Assembly (NCBI GenBank): GCA_034422735.1
Contig: DAOUJL010000079.1
Coordinates: 37,699 to 101,698 of the forward strand
Length of the DNA: 64,000 nucleotides
From: Dehalococcoidia bacterium
GTDB lineage: Bacteria > Chloroflexota > Dehalococcoidia > Lucifugimonadales > CATOSD01
Reading direction: 5' to 3'
The notes under the pieces are model-generated. The model was not told the origin of the DNA. It did no database searches and saw only the letters and a program-made list of their open reading frames with translations. Positions 56,248 through 64,000 of the stretch are shown one piece after another; the first letter of the stretch is position 1; each line of letters begins with the position of its first letter. A program made the position numbers and the translations under genes.

Positions 56248-57252
56248 TTACGCGCGGGGCAGTCGATGGCGTGGACTGGGGTGGGTAAGCACGCTGGTGT
56301 TGTAGAGGTTGTCCGGCATCTGGCCGAGCAGCACGCTCGCGACTTCACCCGCGCCGCGCTCTTCCAGTTCCAGCACCGCCTCCTGGGAGAAGAACGCGAT
56401 GTGAGGCGTCACTATCACGTTGTCCAGCTCGAAAAGGGGATGATGCTGAGGCGGCGGCGTCTGCGCGGCCACGTCGAGCCCGGCGCCCGCTATCTGCCCG
56501 GCGACCAACGCGTCATGCAGCGCGTTCTCGTCTATCACCGCGCCCCTCGCGGTGTTGATGATCACCGCGCTCGGCTTCATCGACGCGAGCTCGCTCGCTC
56601 CGATCATCCCCTCGGTCTGCGTCGTTAGCGGCGTGTGGATGGAAACGTAGTCGCTCTGCTCCAGGAGTTCCGGCAGCGAGGCCAGCCGTGCGCCGTGGAC
56701 AGTGGCTTCGTCCTCGGTCAGGCTGGGACTGTACGCCAGCACCTCCATACCGAACGCTCGCGCCTTTGCGCACGTAGAGCGGCCGATGCGACCGAACCCC
56801 ACTATACCGAGCTTTTTCCCGCGCAGGCGGGGCATGGGCATGCCCAGCTTCAGACTCTCCCAGCCCTCGGACTTGACGGCGTGATTGAACAATGTGATGC
56901 GCCGGTTCCACGCCAGCAGCAGCGCCATTGCGTGGGACGAAACCTCGTCCACGCAGTAGTCGGGCACGTATGTCACGGCGATGCCGAGCTCGGTGGCGAC
57001 GTCTACCGCGATGTTGTCCACGCCTACGCCGAACCTGCCGACCACCTGCAGATTCTCGGCTTCGCGCACCACTCGCTCCGTCACCAGCGCGAAGCAGGTG
57101 AGGATGCCGTGCACGTCCCTGGCGAGTTCCGTCAGCGTCTCCTCGCTGCCGTCGGGCGAGACCACGATATCCGCGTCGGCGCGGGCGAGCACGGCTCTCT
57201 CCGGCTCGACGGAGGGCCACACGTGGTCGGTGATGAGGACTTTGTACTTCAT
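56248..57252 (-). CDS. D-2-hydroxyacid dehydrogenase (CtBP/SerA-like)
   Basis: GVGVDN, VPDYC, GFGRIG, INTARG, GLDV, TPHIA. ATG at 57252. Confidence 0.92.
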   Translation of the reverse strand: MKYKVLITDHVWPSVEPERAVLARADADIVVSPDGSEETLTELARDVHGILTCFALVTERVVREAENLQVVGRFGVGVDNIAVDVATELGIAVTYVPDYCVDEVSSHAMALLLAWNRRITLFNHAVKSEGWESLKLGMPMPRLRGKKLGIVGFGRIGRSTCAKARAFGMEVLAYSPSLTEDEATVHGARLASLPELLEQSDYVSIHTPLTTQTEGMIGASELASMKPSAVIINTARGAVIDENALHDALVAGQIAGAGLDVAAQTPPPQHHPLFELDNVIVTPHIAFFSQEAVLELEERGAGEVASVLLGQMPDNLYNTSVLTHPSPRHRLPRA

Positions 57253-57362
57253 TCGTCTCGATTCGCCGCGCCGCGGTCCCAAGAAAGGCGCGGCTAGGGA
57301 TTGTGCACCTATGTTACTACCCGCTTGGGGCGCATGCAAAAGGGAGCCGCGGACTCGGTGGG

Positions 57363-58979
57363 CTAGGGGAGTGCCATCGGCTTGAACATACACCCCTCGA
57401 CGAAGATGTCGAAGAAGTCGGGCGTGGTCTCCAGTTCCACGTGCTCGACGGTCAGGGCCAGGCGCTCCATCTCGCGCCGCTTTGGACCGGAGAGCAGCAT
57501 GATGGTCGCGCCCTCCAGTGCCGCGTTGCCCACCTTGGCTACCCTGTCCGACGGCAAGTCCGCAATGAATCCGATGGCGGCAGCGTTCCCGACGTTCACG
57601 TAGTTGGCGAACCCGCCCGCCAGGTACAGCCGCGAGACCGATGCCACCGGCTCGCCGTACTCCCTGAGTACGATGAACTGCCCGGCGTAGTTGGCGGACT
57701 TGGCCTGCGCCAGCGCGCTCACGTCCGCGCGCGAGACGGCGATTCCGGCCTGTTCGTCGATAACGAACTCGTCTGCGCCCTCCGCGAAGGCGCCGAGGTG
57801 GTTCATCCGGCCCGTGCGTCTCAGCTCGGCCAGCGTGTCCACCAGGCCGGAGCCGCAGATTCCCTGTGGCTGCACCCCACCGATGGTGGAATAGCGCATC
57901 TCGGGCCCTCTCAGCGACACGGACTCGATAGCGCCGTCGTAGCCGGGCATACCGTATGTGACCTGCCCACCCTCGAACGCCGGTCCCGCGGGACAAGACG
58001 CCGCGAGCAGCCTGTGGCGGTTGCCGACCACCACCTCCGTGTTTGTGCCCACGTCCACCAGCATCGCCAGTCCCTCTTCCTCGTCCATGCCCACCGCCAG
58101 CATGTCCGCCGCCACGTCCGCGCCCACGTGACAGCCGATCAAGGGGCCGCCGTAGACGTTGGCCTCCGGGTGCACGCGCAGACCCATTCGACCGGCCTTT
58201 GCGTTAAGCGCGGTTCCGGAGCGACTGCCCGCTTCGAGCTCAAGCTCTACCACGGACTTATAGGGCCTCTCCCCGATGCTCTGGACGTCCAGGCCGAAGA
58301 AGATGTCGCGCATGGTGGAGTTGCCCACCACGACCACCTCGTAGATCCGCCGACGGTGGAACCCGAGCCGCCGCGCCATGTCGCCAATCTCGAAGTTGAT
58401 GGCCGACAGCAGCACCTGCCGAAGTTCGCCCCTATGCGGTCCGCCGTCGTAGGAGATGCGGTGCATCACGTCGCTGCCACCGAAGCGCTGCGGGTTCTCG
58501 AACGAGGCGGTGTGCAGCACCTCGCCACTCTCCAGGTCGGCCAGATTCATCGCGACGGTGGTGGTGCCGGCGTCGATGGCGAGCCCGTAGACGTCCCCTC
58601 GATAGGCGTCCATACGGCCACCATCGAAGTACACGCCGTCGCCGCTGCGGTGCGTAGGTGGGTCCGGGTCGAACTCGCGGCGCACCCCGGCCGTGAGGAT
58701 GCGCGGCTGGCGGCGCAGAAGCGCGAATTCGACCTCGGCGTTCGTGTCGACGATCGCGGCCTGGCACGCCAGGCGATAACTGTTGCGCAGAAACGCCTCC
58801 GCCGGTGTGTGGGGTGTCAGCGCGTCCATGCCGCGCCTCACCTCCACGATGCACTCGTGGCACTCGCCGTTCCTGCCACACGACGTAGGAACGCGAACTC
58901 GTAGAGTGTCGGCGTAGTCGAAGATAGTCTTGCCGGCGACGGACTCTAGCCGCGCCGCGCCGTGTAGGATTGGACTCAT
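57363..58979 (-). CDS. ATP-dependent reductive activator of corrinoid proteins (RACo/RamA, ASKHA/DUF4445)
   Basis: N-terminal 2Fe-2S motif (CGRNGECHEC...RLACQ), DAGTTT, DVGTNTE, GPAFEG, GICGSG, LAGGF, GNAALEGA. Confidence 0.9.
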   Translation of the reverse strand: MSPILHGAARLESVAGKTIFDYADTLRVRVPTSCGRNGECHECIVEVRRGMDALTPHTPAEAFLRNSYRLACQAAIVDTNAEVEFALLRRQPRILTAGVRREFDPDPPTHRSGDGVYFDGGRMDAYRGDVYGLAIDAGTTTVAMNLADLESGEVLHTASFENPQRFGGSDVMHRISYDGGPHRGELRQVLLSAINFEIGDMARRLGFHRRRIYEVVVVGNSTMRDIFFGLDVQSIGERPYKSVVELELEAGSRSGTALNAKAGRMGLRVHPEANVYGGPLIGCHVGADVAADMLAVGMDEEEGLAMLVDVGTNTEVVVGNRHRLLAASCPAGPAFEGGQVTYGMPGYDGAIESVSLRGPEMRYSTIGGVQPQGICGSGLVDTLAELRRTGRMNHLGAFAEGADEFVIDEQAGIAVSRADVSALAQAKSANYAGQFIVLREYGEPVASVSRLYLAGGFANYVNVGNAAAIGFIADLPSDRVAKVGNAALEGATIMLLSGPKRREMERLALTVEHVELETTPDFFDIFVEGCMFKPMALP

Positions 58980-58998
58980 GGCTGGCGACGCCGGGTGC

Positions 58999-59256
58999 CT
59001 ACGGCGAGGGGCCGTCCATCATCCAGGCGCTGCGGTAGTCCAGGTCGTCGCTGCCAACGCACAGCGGCAGGCTGCCGGGCGGCCCCTCGCGGCGCTGGTT
59101 GCGGCATCCGAACGCGGCGGTGCAGTGGTCCTGGACGTTCTTGTAGGGACAGCGGCGTTTGGACACCTCGCTGACGGTCTCCGACATCTCCTTGAAGATG
59201 CCATACAGCCGGGCCATGCTCGCCCGGTAGCGCTCCCTGTCCACCGGCTGCGACAC
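58999..59256 (-). CDS. Small Cys-rich hypothetical protein
   Basis: 85 aa with CPYKN...C....C...C, tightly packed between the corrinoid protein and RACo genes. Confidence 0.7.
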   Translation of the reverse strand: MSQPVDRERYRASMARLYGIFKEMSETVSEVSKRRCPYKNVQDHCTAAFGCRNQRREGPPGSLPLCVGSDDLDYRSAWMMDGPSP

Positions 59257-59268
59257 AGCGGCACGCTC

Positions 59269-60039
59269 CTAGTCTGTGGCGCCCACAGGCTCGCGGCTCG
59301 GGGCGTAATCCTCGAGGCCGAGGAGCCTCCTTGCGAGGTCCACGCAGTCGATCGCGTCCTTGCCGTAGCCATCCGCTCCCATGTCGTCCGCGAACTCCTG
59401 CGAAACCGGCGCGCCGCCCACCATTATCTTCACGAACTCTCGCAGCCCGGCCTCCTCGAACGCCTCGATAGTCCTGCCCATGTTGGGCATGGTCGTCGTG
59501 AGTAGCGCCGACATGCCCAGAAGCTGGGCATCGTGCTCAATCACGGCGTCCATAAACTCGTCCGGCGCGGAGTCCACCCCTAGGTCCTCCACGGTGAATC
59601 CGGCCCCGCGCAGCATCATAATGCACAGGTTCTTGCCTATGTCGTGAAGGTCGCCTTTCACCGTGCCCATGACCACAGTGGCCAACGGCTCGATGCCGGA
59701 CGCCGACAGGATAGGCTCGACGTGGGCCATACCGGCTTTCATCGCGCGCGCCGCGACCAGCACTTCCGGCACGAAGATCACGTTGTCCCGAAATTTGACG
59801 CCGACTATGCTCATGCCGGCGATCAGCCCGTCGTCGAGGATGGTGTTCGCGGAAAAGCCGTCTTCCAGCGCCTGCCTCGTCAGCCGGTCGACCTCGTGGT
59901 GGTTGCCCGCGATGAGGTTGTAGCTGATGTCCTGCATCAGCGGGTCAGCATCGTCCCACTGAGCGCGGATGTGGTTATGTTCGACGGGCCTGGTAACGTA
60001 GCCTAGCTCGCGCTCCAGCCCGGCGTGAACGACTGGCAT
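59269..60039 (-). CDS. Methyltransferase corrinoid protein (MttC/MtbC-like)
   Basis: Cap domain FVPEVL, B12-binding motif GDLHDIGKN, SALLTTTM, GGAP. Confidence 0.95.
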   Translation of the reverse strand: MPVVHAGLERELGYVTRPVEHNHIRAQWDDADPLMQDISYNLIAGNHHEVDRLTRQALEDGFSANTILDDGLIAGMSIVGVKFRDNVIFVPEVLVAARAMKAGMAHVEPILSASGIEPLATVVMGTVKGDLHDIGKNLCIMMLRGAGFTVEDLGVDSAPDEFMDAVIEHDAQLLGMSALLTTTMPNMGRTIEAFEEAGLREFVKIMVGGAPVSQEFADDMGADGYGKDAIDCVDLARRLLGLEDYAPSREPVGATD

Positions 60040-60192
60040 GTGTGATGCACTCCCGTGAATGGCCCCGGCGGGGCTGCGGCGATTCTAGCACGGGGCGGGT
60101 AGAGACGCTAGTGATGGGCGCCCAGCGCGGGGCCTTTCCATTCTCCTCCCCCATCTCGGTCAGGGGAGAGGGTTAGGATGGGGGGCCTTATC

Positions 60193-60220
60193 AGGTTCCC
60201 CGGCTGCGCTCGGAATGAGA
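60193..60220 (-). repeat. CGTC/TGTC-type REP-like sequence nested in copy C
   Basis: Minus strand TCTCATTCCGAGCGCAGCCGGGGAACCT. Confidence 0.5.
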
Positions 60221-60478
60221 ACATCAGGGTCTCTGGGCGCGGCTCTCCGAAAAATCTGCTCAATTCTGCTACATTCTGCACATTCCGTAGCTGGGCGGCC
60301 CGATGTTCTTGTCACTTCTTGTGAGCCAAGTTGTTAAGGTTCGTCACGAGCATTGCGCAGAATGTCACAGAACGCGACCCGTTCGGCAAGCTCAGGGCAG
60401 GCTCCGTTCGGCCGAGGGCGGGCGGGTTTCAAACTTGCCCCCACTCCACAACCGGCGGCCGCAGTGCCTATGCTGTAG

Positions 60479-60507
60479 AAAATAGCACGTGTGTGCTGTA
60501 GAATCAA
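60479..60507 (-). promoter_or_regulatory. sigma70-like promoter inside element copy C, facing the corrinoid protein gene
   Basis: Minus strand TTGATT-N17-TATTTT. Confidence 0.5.
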
Positions 60508-60786
60508 GAGGGTTGGCGAAATTGCCGGATGGGGGCGAATTTGTGGGGAGAAATTGCGCACGAATGGGAACTGGTAGAACGTGGGTGAGAATGGCTGGAG
60601 CACGGATGGGAACGGGTGGCGCGGGAAAGTGACGCTTTTTTCGGGGTACGTGGGCGCGAATGAGTTGGAGTTGGGGGAGAGGGGACAAGCGGAAGGGACG
60701 CGGTTACCCTCACCCGCCGGCAGCTTGCCGCGACGGAGAATGAAAAGGCCCTGTGCCCAGCCCAGCGCCGCACCAGCATGGCCGCG

Positions 60787-61818
60787 TTAATGCGACTCGT
60801 GCCACTCCCGGACGCTCTGGGGTATGGCGATGAGATTCTCCAGCCGCGTCGCCAGCGGGACGGCGCACTCCGGGGCGATCATCTGGACTCCCGCGTCCAG
60901 GCACGCGAACACCTCTTCCCGCACCTCGGCGGGGCCCCGCGCGTACAGCGTATCGGGGTTGTTGATGTTGCCCACCAGCCCTATGCGGCCTCCCGCTACG
61001 TCCATCGCCTGCTGGGGGTCGTTCTTCGAATCGAAGTGGAAGCTGGCCATCCCCGATTGGGCGATGTAGTCCAGCCTGTCCAGCGTGTTGCCGCATATGT
61101 GCAGGATGAGCGGGACGCGGAGCCGTTCGGCCATCTCCTGGTGTATATCGAGCAGGAAGCGGCGGTAGTACTCGCCGCTCACAAGGTCGCCGGTCGCGTG
61201 GTCGGGGAATGTCAGCGCGTCGGTCCCCGCGGCTATCTGCGCCTCGCCGAACAGCACCGATATCTCCTTCAGCTTGTGCAGGCACCGCAGCACCATGTCG
61301 GGGTCGTCCACCGTCATCAACAGAAAGCTCTCGACGCCGAACACGTGGTAGGCGAGCGTCCACGGCCCCATCGTCTTGCCGATGATGGCGGCCTCGCGGC
61401 CATACTCGCGCTTCAGCAACTCGATTGATCGGGTGATGGTCAGGTTGTCGGGATGCTCCAGGAAACCCGGCGGAATACGGATGTCGTCTTCGCCCTTCCA
61501 GATGGGGTTGTACATCCGCACAGTCGGCCAGTTGTCTTTCTCCTCCCACTGCATGTCGCAGCCGAGGGCGGAGGACTCCTGGATTATGGTGAAGTAGGGC
61601 ATTATCGCGTCGAAGCCCAGCTCCGTATACCCGGTGGCCGCCAGGCGCGCGGCCAACTCCGGGTCGCGGCACGCGTCCGGAAACGGCGCGTCGACCAGGT
61701 CCATCAGCTCCACCGTCGCCACGTTGGTGGGATTGGCGACCGGCGTGCGGTCCACCGGCTTGCCCGCGAGGGCGTTCATCACCCGCTCGCGTGGTGTCAT
61801 CGTTTCGGTTAGGGGCAT
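60787..61818 (-). CDS. MtaA/CmuA family methylcobalamin-dependent methyltransferase (URO-D fold)
   Basis: MTPRERV..AL.G..VDR, GPWTLA, zinc-ligand motifs LHICG and APECAV. Confidence 0.92.
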   Translation of the reverse strand: MPLTETMTPRERVMNALAGKPVDRTPVANPTNVATVELMDLVDAPFPDACRDPELAARLAATGYTELGFDAIMPYFTIIQESSALGCDMQWEEKDNWPTVRMYNPIWKGEDDIRIPPGFLEHPDNLTITRSIELLKREYGREAAIIGKTMGPWTLAYHVFGVESFLLMTVDDPDMVLRCLHKLKEISVLFGEAQIAAGTDALTFPDHATGDLVSGEYYRRFLLDIHQEMAERLRVPLILHICGNTLDRLDYIAQSGMASFHFDSKNDPQQAMDVAGGRIGLVGNINNPDTLYARGPAEVREEVFACLDAGVQMIAPECAVPLATRLENLIAIPQSVREWHESH

Positions 61819-61833
61819 GGTGAACCTTCCTTG

Positions 61834-62157
61834 CTACTGTCTTGGTACGCGCCGGATCTCTCCACGTCCGATGGTCTTTAGCTCCTCCAAGACTTCGGGT
61901 ACAAGTGGAACATGGTCTTCAATGTCGTTGCTGGGAGCATTCAGGACTATCACGCCGACGTCCTCCTTGGTGATCGTATTTTCAGTGACCATGCACTTAT
62001 CGGAGGTGATGATCACGTCGAAGTCATCCCGTGCGAGATTCATCAGATCCCCGTTGCTTACACCCTTCCACCCCATGAAGGGAACTGTCCGAACATCGTG
62101 CTTGACGAACGAGTGCCTTAGTGAAACGTCCAGCATCTCATCGAGCAGCAGTCTCAT
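61834..62157 (-). CDS. DUF5615 PIN-like toxin (VapC45-like)
   Basis: MRLLLDE, GW.G..NG.L, ITSDK. Confidence 0.85.
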   Translation of the reverse strand: MRLLLDEMLDVSLRHSFVKHDVRTVPFMGWKGVSNGDLMNLARDDFDVIITSDKCMVTENTITKEDVGVIVLNAPSNDIEDHVPLVPEVLEELKTIGRGEIRRVPRQ

Positions 62158-62398
62158 ATGCGATGCTCTCCAGAACGTTCCTTGCTATTGATAGGGCGCC
62201 AACGGCCTGTTCACGGGTAACACTCGGAAACCCGGAAAGAAACTCGTCTATGTCGTGCCCGTTCGCAAGGTAGTCAAACAGGTTCTTAATGGGCACACGG
62301 GTCCCTGAGAAGACGGGCGTCCCGCTCACGTATCCCTCTTTGCTTTGAAACACGCCTTCCTCAATGTCCAGGGTTACACTTATAGCTGTTGTCGTCAT
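62138..62398 (-). CDS. DUF433 antitoxin
   Basis: GTPVFSGTRVP, L..G...DEFL..FPSVTREQ; overlaps the toxin start. Confidence 0.88.
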   Translation of the reverse strand: MTTTAISVTLDIEEGVFQSKEGYVSGTPVFSGTRVPIKNLFDYLANGHDIDEFLSGFPSVTREQAVGALSIARNVLESIAYETAAR

Positions 62399-62453
62399 TT
62401 CAAGCCTCGCAGTCTCTGGCTCCGGGTCATCCATCCAGTGGCCATGCTGTCCG

Positions 62454-63416
62454 TCACTTTGCCAGTTCGTCAAGCCGCGGCCGAAACACTTCTCTGAACT
62501 TCAGCAGGCGGTCGACCATCCAGTCATGGATCTCTTCCAGCATGTCATCGCTGTCGTCGATACTGCCGTCTCGATACACCGCGACTCTAGAGGCTCGCCT
62601 ATCATCCAATCGCTCCCAGTCTAGTGGGTCGCCGAGTTCCGATTCAACGGCCAGACGTTGTTCGTGCAGCCTGTCGTAGAGCCGTTTGTTCCAGTCACCG
62701 TCAGTATTGTCAATGTATACTTCTACTCTGGCGCGTCCTCCTTGAGCGAAGGATGCTCCCCACTGAACTCGCTGCGCGTGGCCAGCGGAGAAAAAGTACC
62801 AACTTTGGGGTTGGGCCGACCGCGCATTTGTGAAACTATGTTCCTCCCGCAGAGTATCCATTAGCCGTTGAAAGAACTGCCTGTATCGTTCCCTACGTGG
62901 AGACACGTTCCCAGTCGCCCCTGTCGTACTGACAGTCCGCTTCCGCCACTCGTTCGGATAGGCAACCAGCTTGAAGCTGGGAGCGGGTCGGGAACCGTCG
63001 ATCTTCCAGAGTTCGACTTCGACTCCAAAGAAATGTGTGTCTTCACCCGTGCGGCGGTTCAGCATGTCAAGTGCTTCCCGGTGTTCGCTCTTGAAGTCTC
63101 TGGCGATCCAGACAGCGACTCGTGCATCAAATCCCGCCGCATAGGTTAGGAGTTGCCCCAAGTGGCTGTGGTCGGTGGTTCCCAACTGATTCTCGATGAC
63201 CACCTCACCCCCACCCCCGACATCACGCGCGAGGATGTCAAGCGCATATCCGCCGACGGGGGCCTCCTGCGCCTGAAGCTCGAGATCCAACCCAATAGCA
63301 CTACCGAGAACAGAGAGGTTTTCCGCCAGCCAAGGCGTAAAGTCCGCAGCTTCGTTGGGCCAGATTTCGCGGAGGTCTACTCTCTCAATCTTCGCCAGTC
63401 CGTTCTCTATCGTCAT
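62454..63416 (-). CDS. DUF4268-domain protein with N-terminal NucS-like PD-(D/E)xK domain
   Basis: LREIWPNEA.DFTPWL, LDIL, VIENQL, DHSHLGQLLTY, C-terminal L.WE.LD.RRASR; lower GC. Confidence 0.8.
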   Translation of the reverse strand: MTIENGLAKIERVDLREIWPNEAADFTPWLAENLSVLGSAIGLDLELQAQEAPVGGYALDILARDVGGGGEVVIENQLGTTDHSHLGQLLTYAAGFDARVAVWIARDFKSEHREALDMLNRRTGEDTHFFGVEVELWKIDGSRPAPSFKLVAYPNEWRKRTVSTTGATGNVSPRRERYRQFFQRLMDTLREEHSFTNARSAQPQSWYFFSAGHAQRVQWGASFAQGGRARVEVYIDNTDGDWNKRLYDRLHEQRLAVESELGDPLDWERLDDRRASRVAVYRDGSIDDSDDMLEEIHDWMVDRLLKFREVFRPRLDELAK

Positions 63417-63449
63417 TGACAGCCTCCATCTGGCTTCGCCTCTTGCGTC

Positions 63450-63998
63450 TTACGTCGGCGGCGTAAACCCCAGCGTGCCCGTCGTCATCTGGCCGCGCAG
63501 CGCCTCCGCCGCCATCATGCCCTCCACGCTGGATATGTTGCGCGAGTAGGGCATCAGCAACCGCACCAGGCCGTCGTGCCTCGCCCCGCAGGGAAACGCC
63601 ACGTCGCGCTCTCCGGCCTTCTCCATCTCGCCGTAGCGCAGGAATCCTGCCACCACCATGCGCAGCCGCGCGCCCGGATTCGGCGCCTCGCCCTCTCCCG
63701 CCACGCTGTACACCCACCGCCCGTCCGACTCGCCGCCCGTCACCACGAGCGTCAGCGGGGAGCGCAGGTCCTTGATCGACATTTCACCGCTGGGAGGGGC
63801 GTAGTCGGGGGCCTTGCCGACCGCCTGGCTCAGCAGGAACTTCAGCGGCCGCTCGTGCACCTGCCCGCAGCCGAAACGTGCCTGGTTGTGCGTGTCCTCG
63901 ACTGGCTCCATGCCGCCAAGGGCCACGAGCTGCCCGCGCACCTGCTCGAGGCGCTCCCGCGCGCCGTCCTTGCGGCTGAACGTCCACACGGTGCAGAC
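63450..63998 (-). CDS. Hypothetical protein, 5' end beyond the window
   Basis: Frame is open to the window edge; high-GC codon usage; ends ALRGQMTTGTLGFTPPT. Confidence 0.7.
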   Translation of the reverse strand, partial: VCTVWTFSRKDGARERLEQVRGQLVALGGMEPVEDTHNQARFGCGQVHERPLKFLLSQAVGKAPDYAPPSGEMSIKDLRSPLTLVVTGGESDGRWVYSVAGEGEAPNPGARLRMVVAGFLRYGEMEKAGERDVAFPCGARHDGLVRLLMPYSRNISSVEGMMAAEALRGQMTTGTLGFTPPT

Positions 63999-64000
63999 GC

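Larger units (their letters stand above)
60130..60751 (-). mobile_element. MITE-like non-autonomous element, copy C
   Basis: Inverted ends GGGCCTTTCCATTCTCC (60130-60146) and GGAGAATGAAAAGGCCC (60735-60751), a 16/17 match; homologous to 39419-40096. Confidence 0.75.

Noticed and set aside
57253-57996. Long N-terminal extension of the 582-aa ORF 56248-57996
   Set aside because: It overlaps the RACo gene in another frame and is low-complexity; homology begins at MKYKVLITD (57252).
60040-60130. Cobalamin riboswitch upstream of the corrinoid protein gene
   Set aside because: No B12-box or GGGAA core was recognised; the adjacent structured sequence is explained by the MITE and REP repeats.

Overview
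This is a 64 kb GC-rich chromosomal segment. Its gene repertoire suggests Chloroflexota, class Dehalococcoidia (SAR202-like); that assignment is inferred, not verified. Housekeeping genes dominate: metG, rsmI, dnaJ-prmA, gpsA-plsY-der-argF-gyrA, a DEAD-box helicase, modAB, lepA, tsaEB-ndk, rsfS, mnmA, rnhB, cysS, the RNase P RNA, rlmD, maf and tatABC. Interspersed are catabolic genes (amidohydrolases, peptidases, a three-gene acyl-CoA dehydrogenase cluster), a corrinoid methyltransferase module and small lower-GC accessory inserts (two toxin-antitoxin pairs, a GIY-YIG protein, a DUF4268 protein). Five observations stand out. (1) A full-length CysRS is fused in frame to a C-terminal GT2 glycosyltransferase. 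(2) A large serine recombinase homologue has lost its catalytic Ser10 and DRxxR motif but keeps its DNA-binding domains, and sits in a housekeeping context next to rnpB. (3) A 620-680 bp non-coding element with terminal inverted repeats occurs twice in opposite orientations. Its core (a sigma70-like promoter, CCCAGCTACG and a 10-bp-phased array) recurs at two more loci, always pointing into the next gene. (4) RNase HII is fused to YraN. (5) The DEAD-box helicase probably starts at an ATC codon behind a terminator-like leader hairpin. No tRNA, rRNA or CRISPR array was found.
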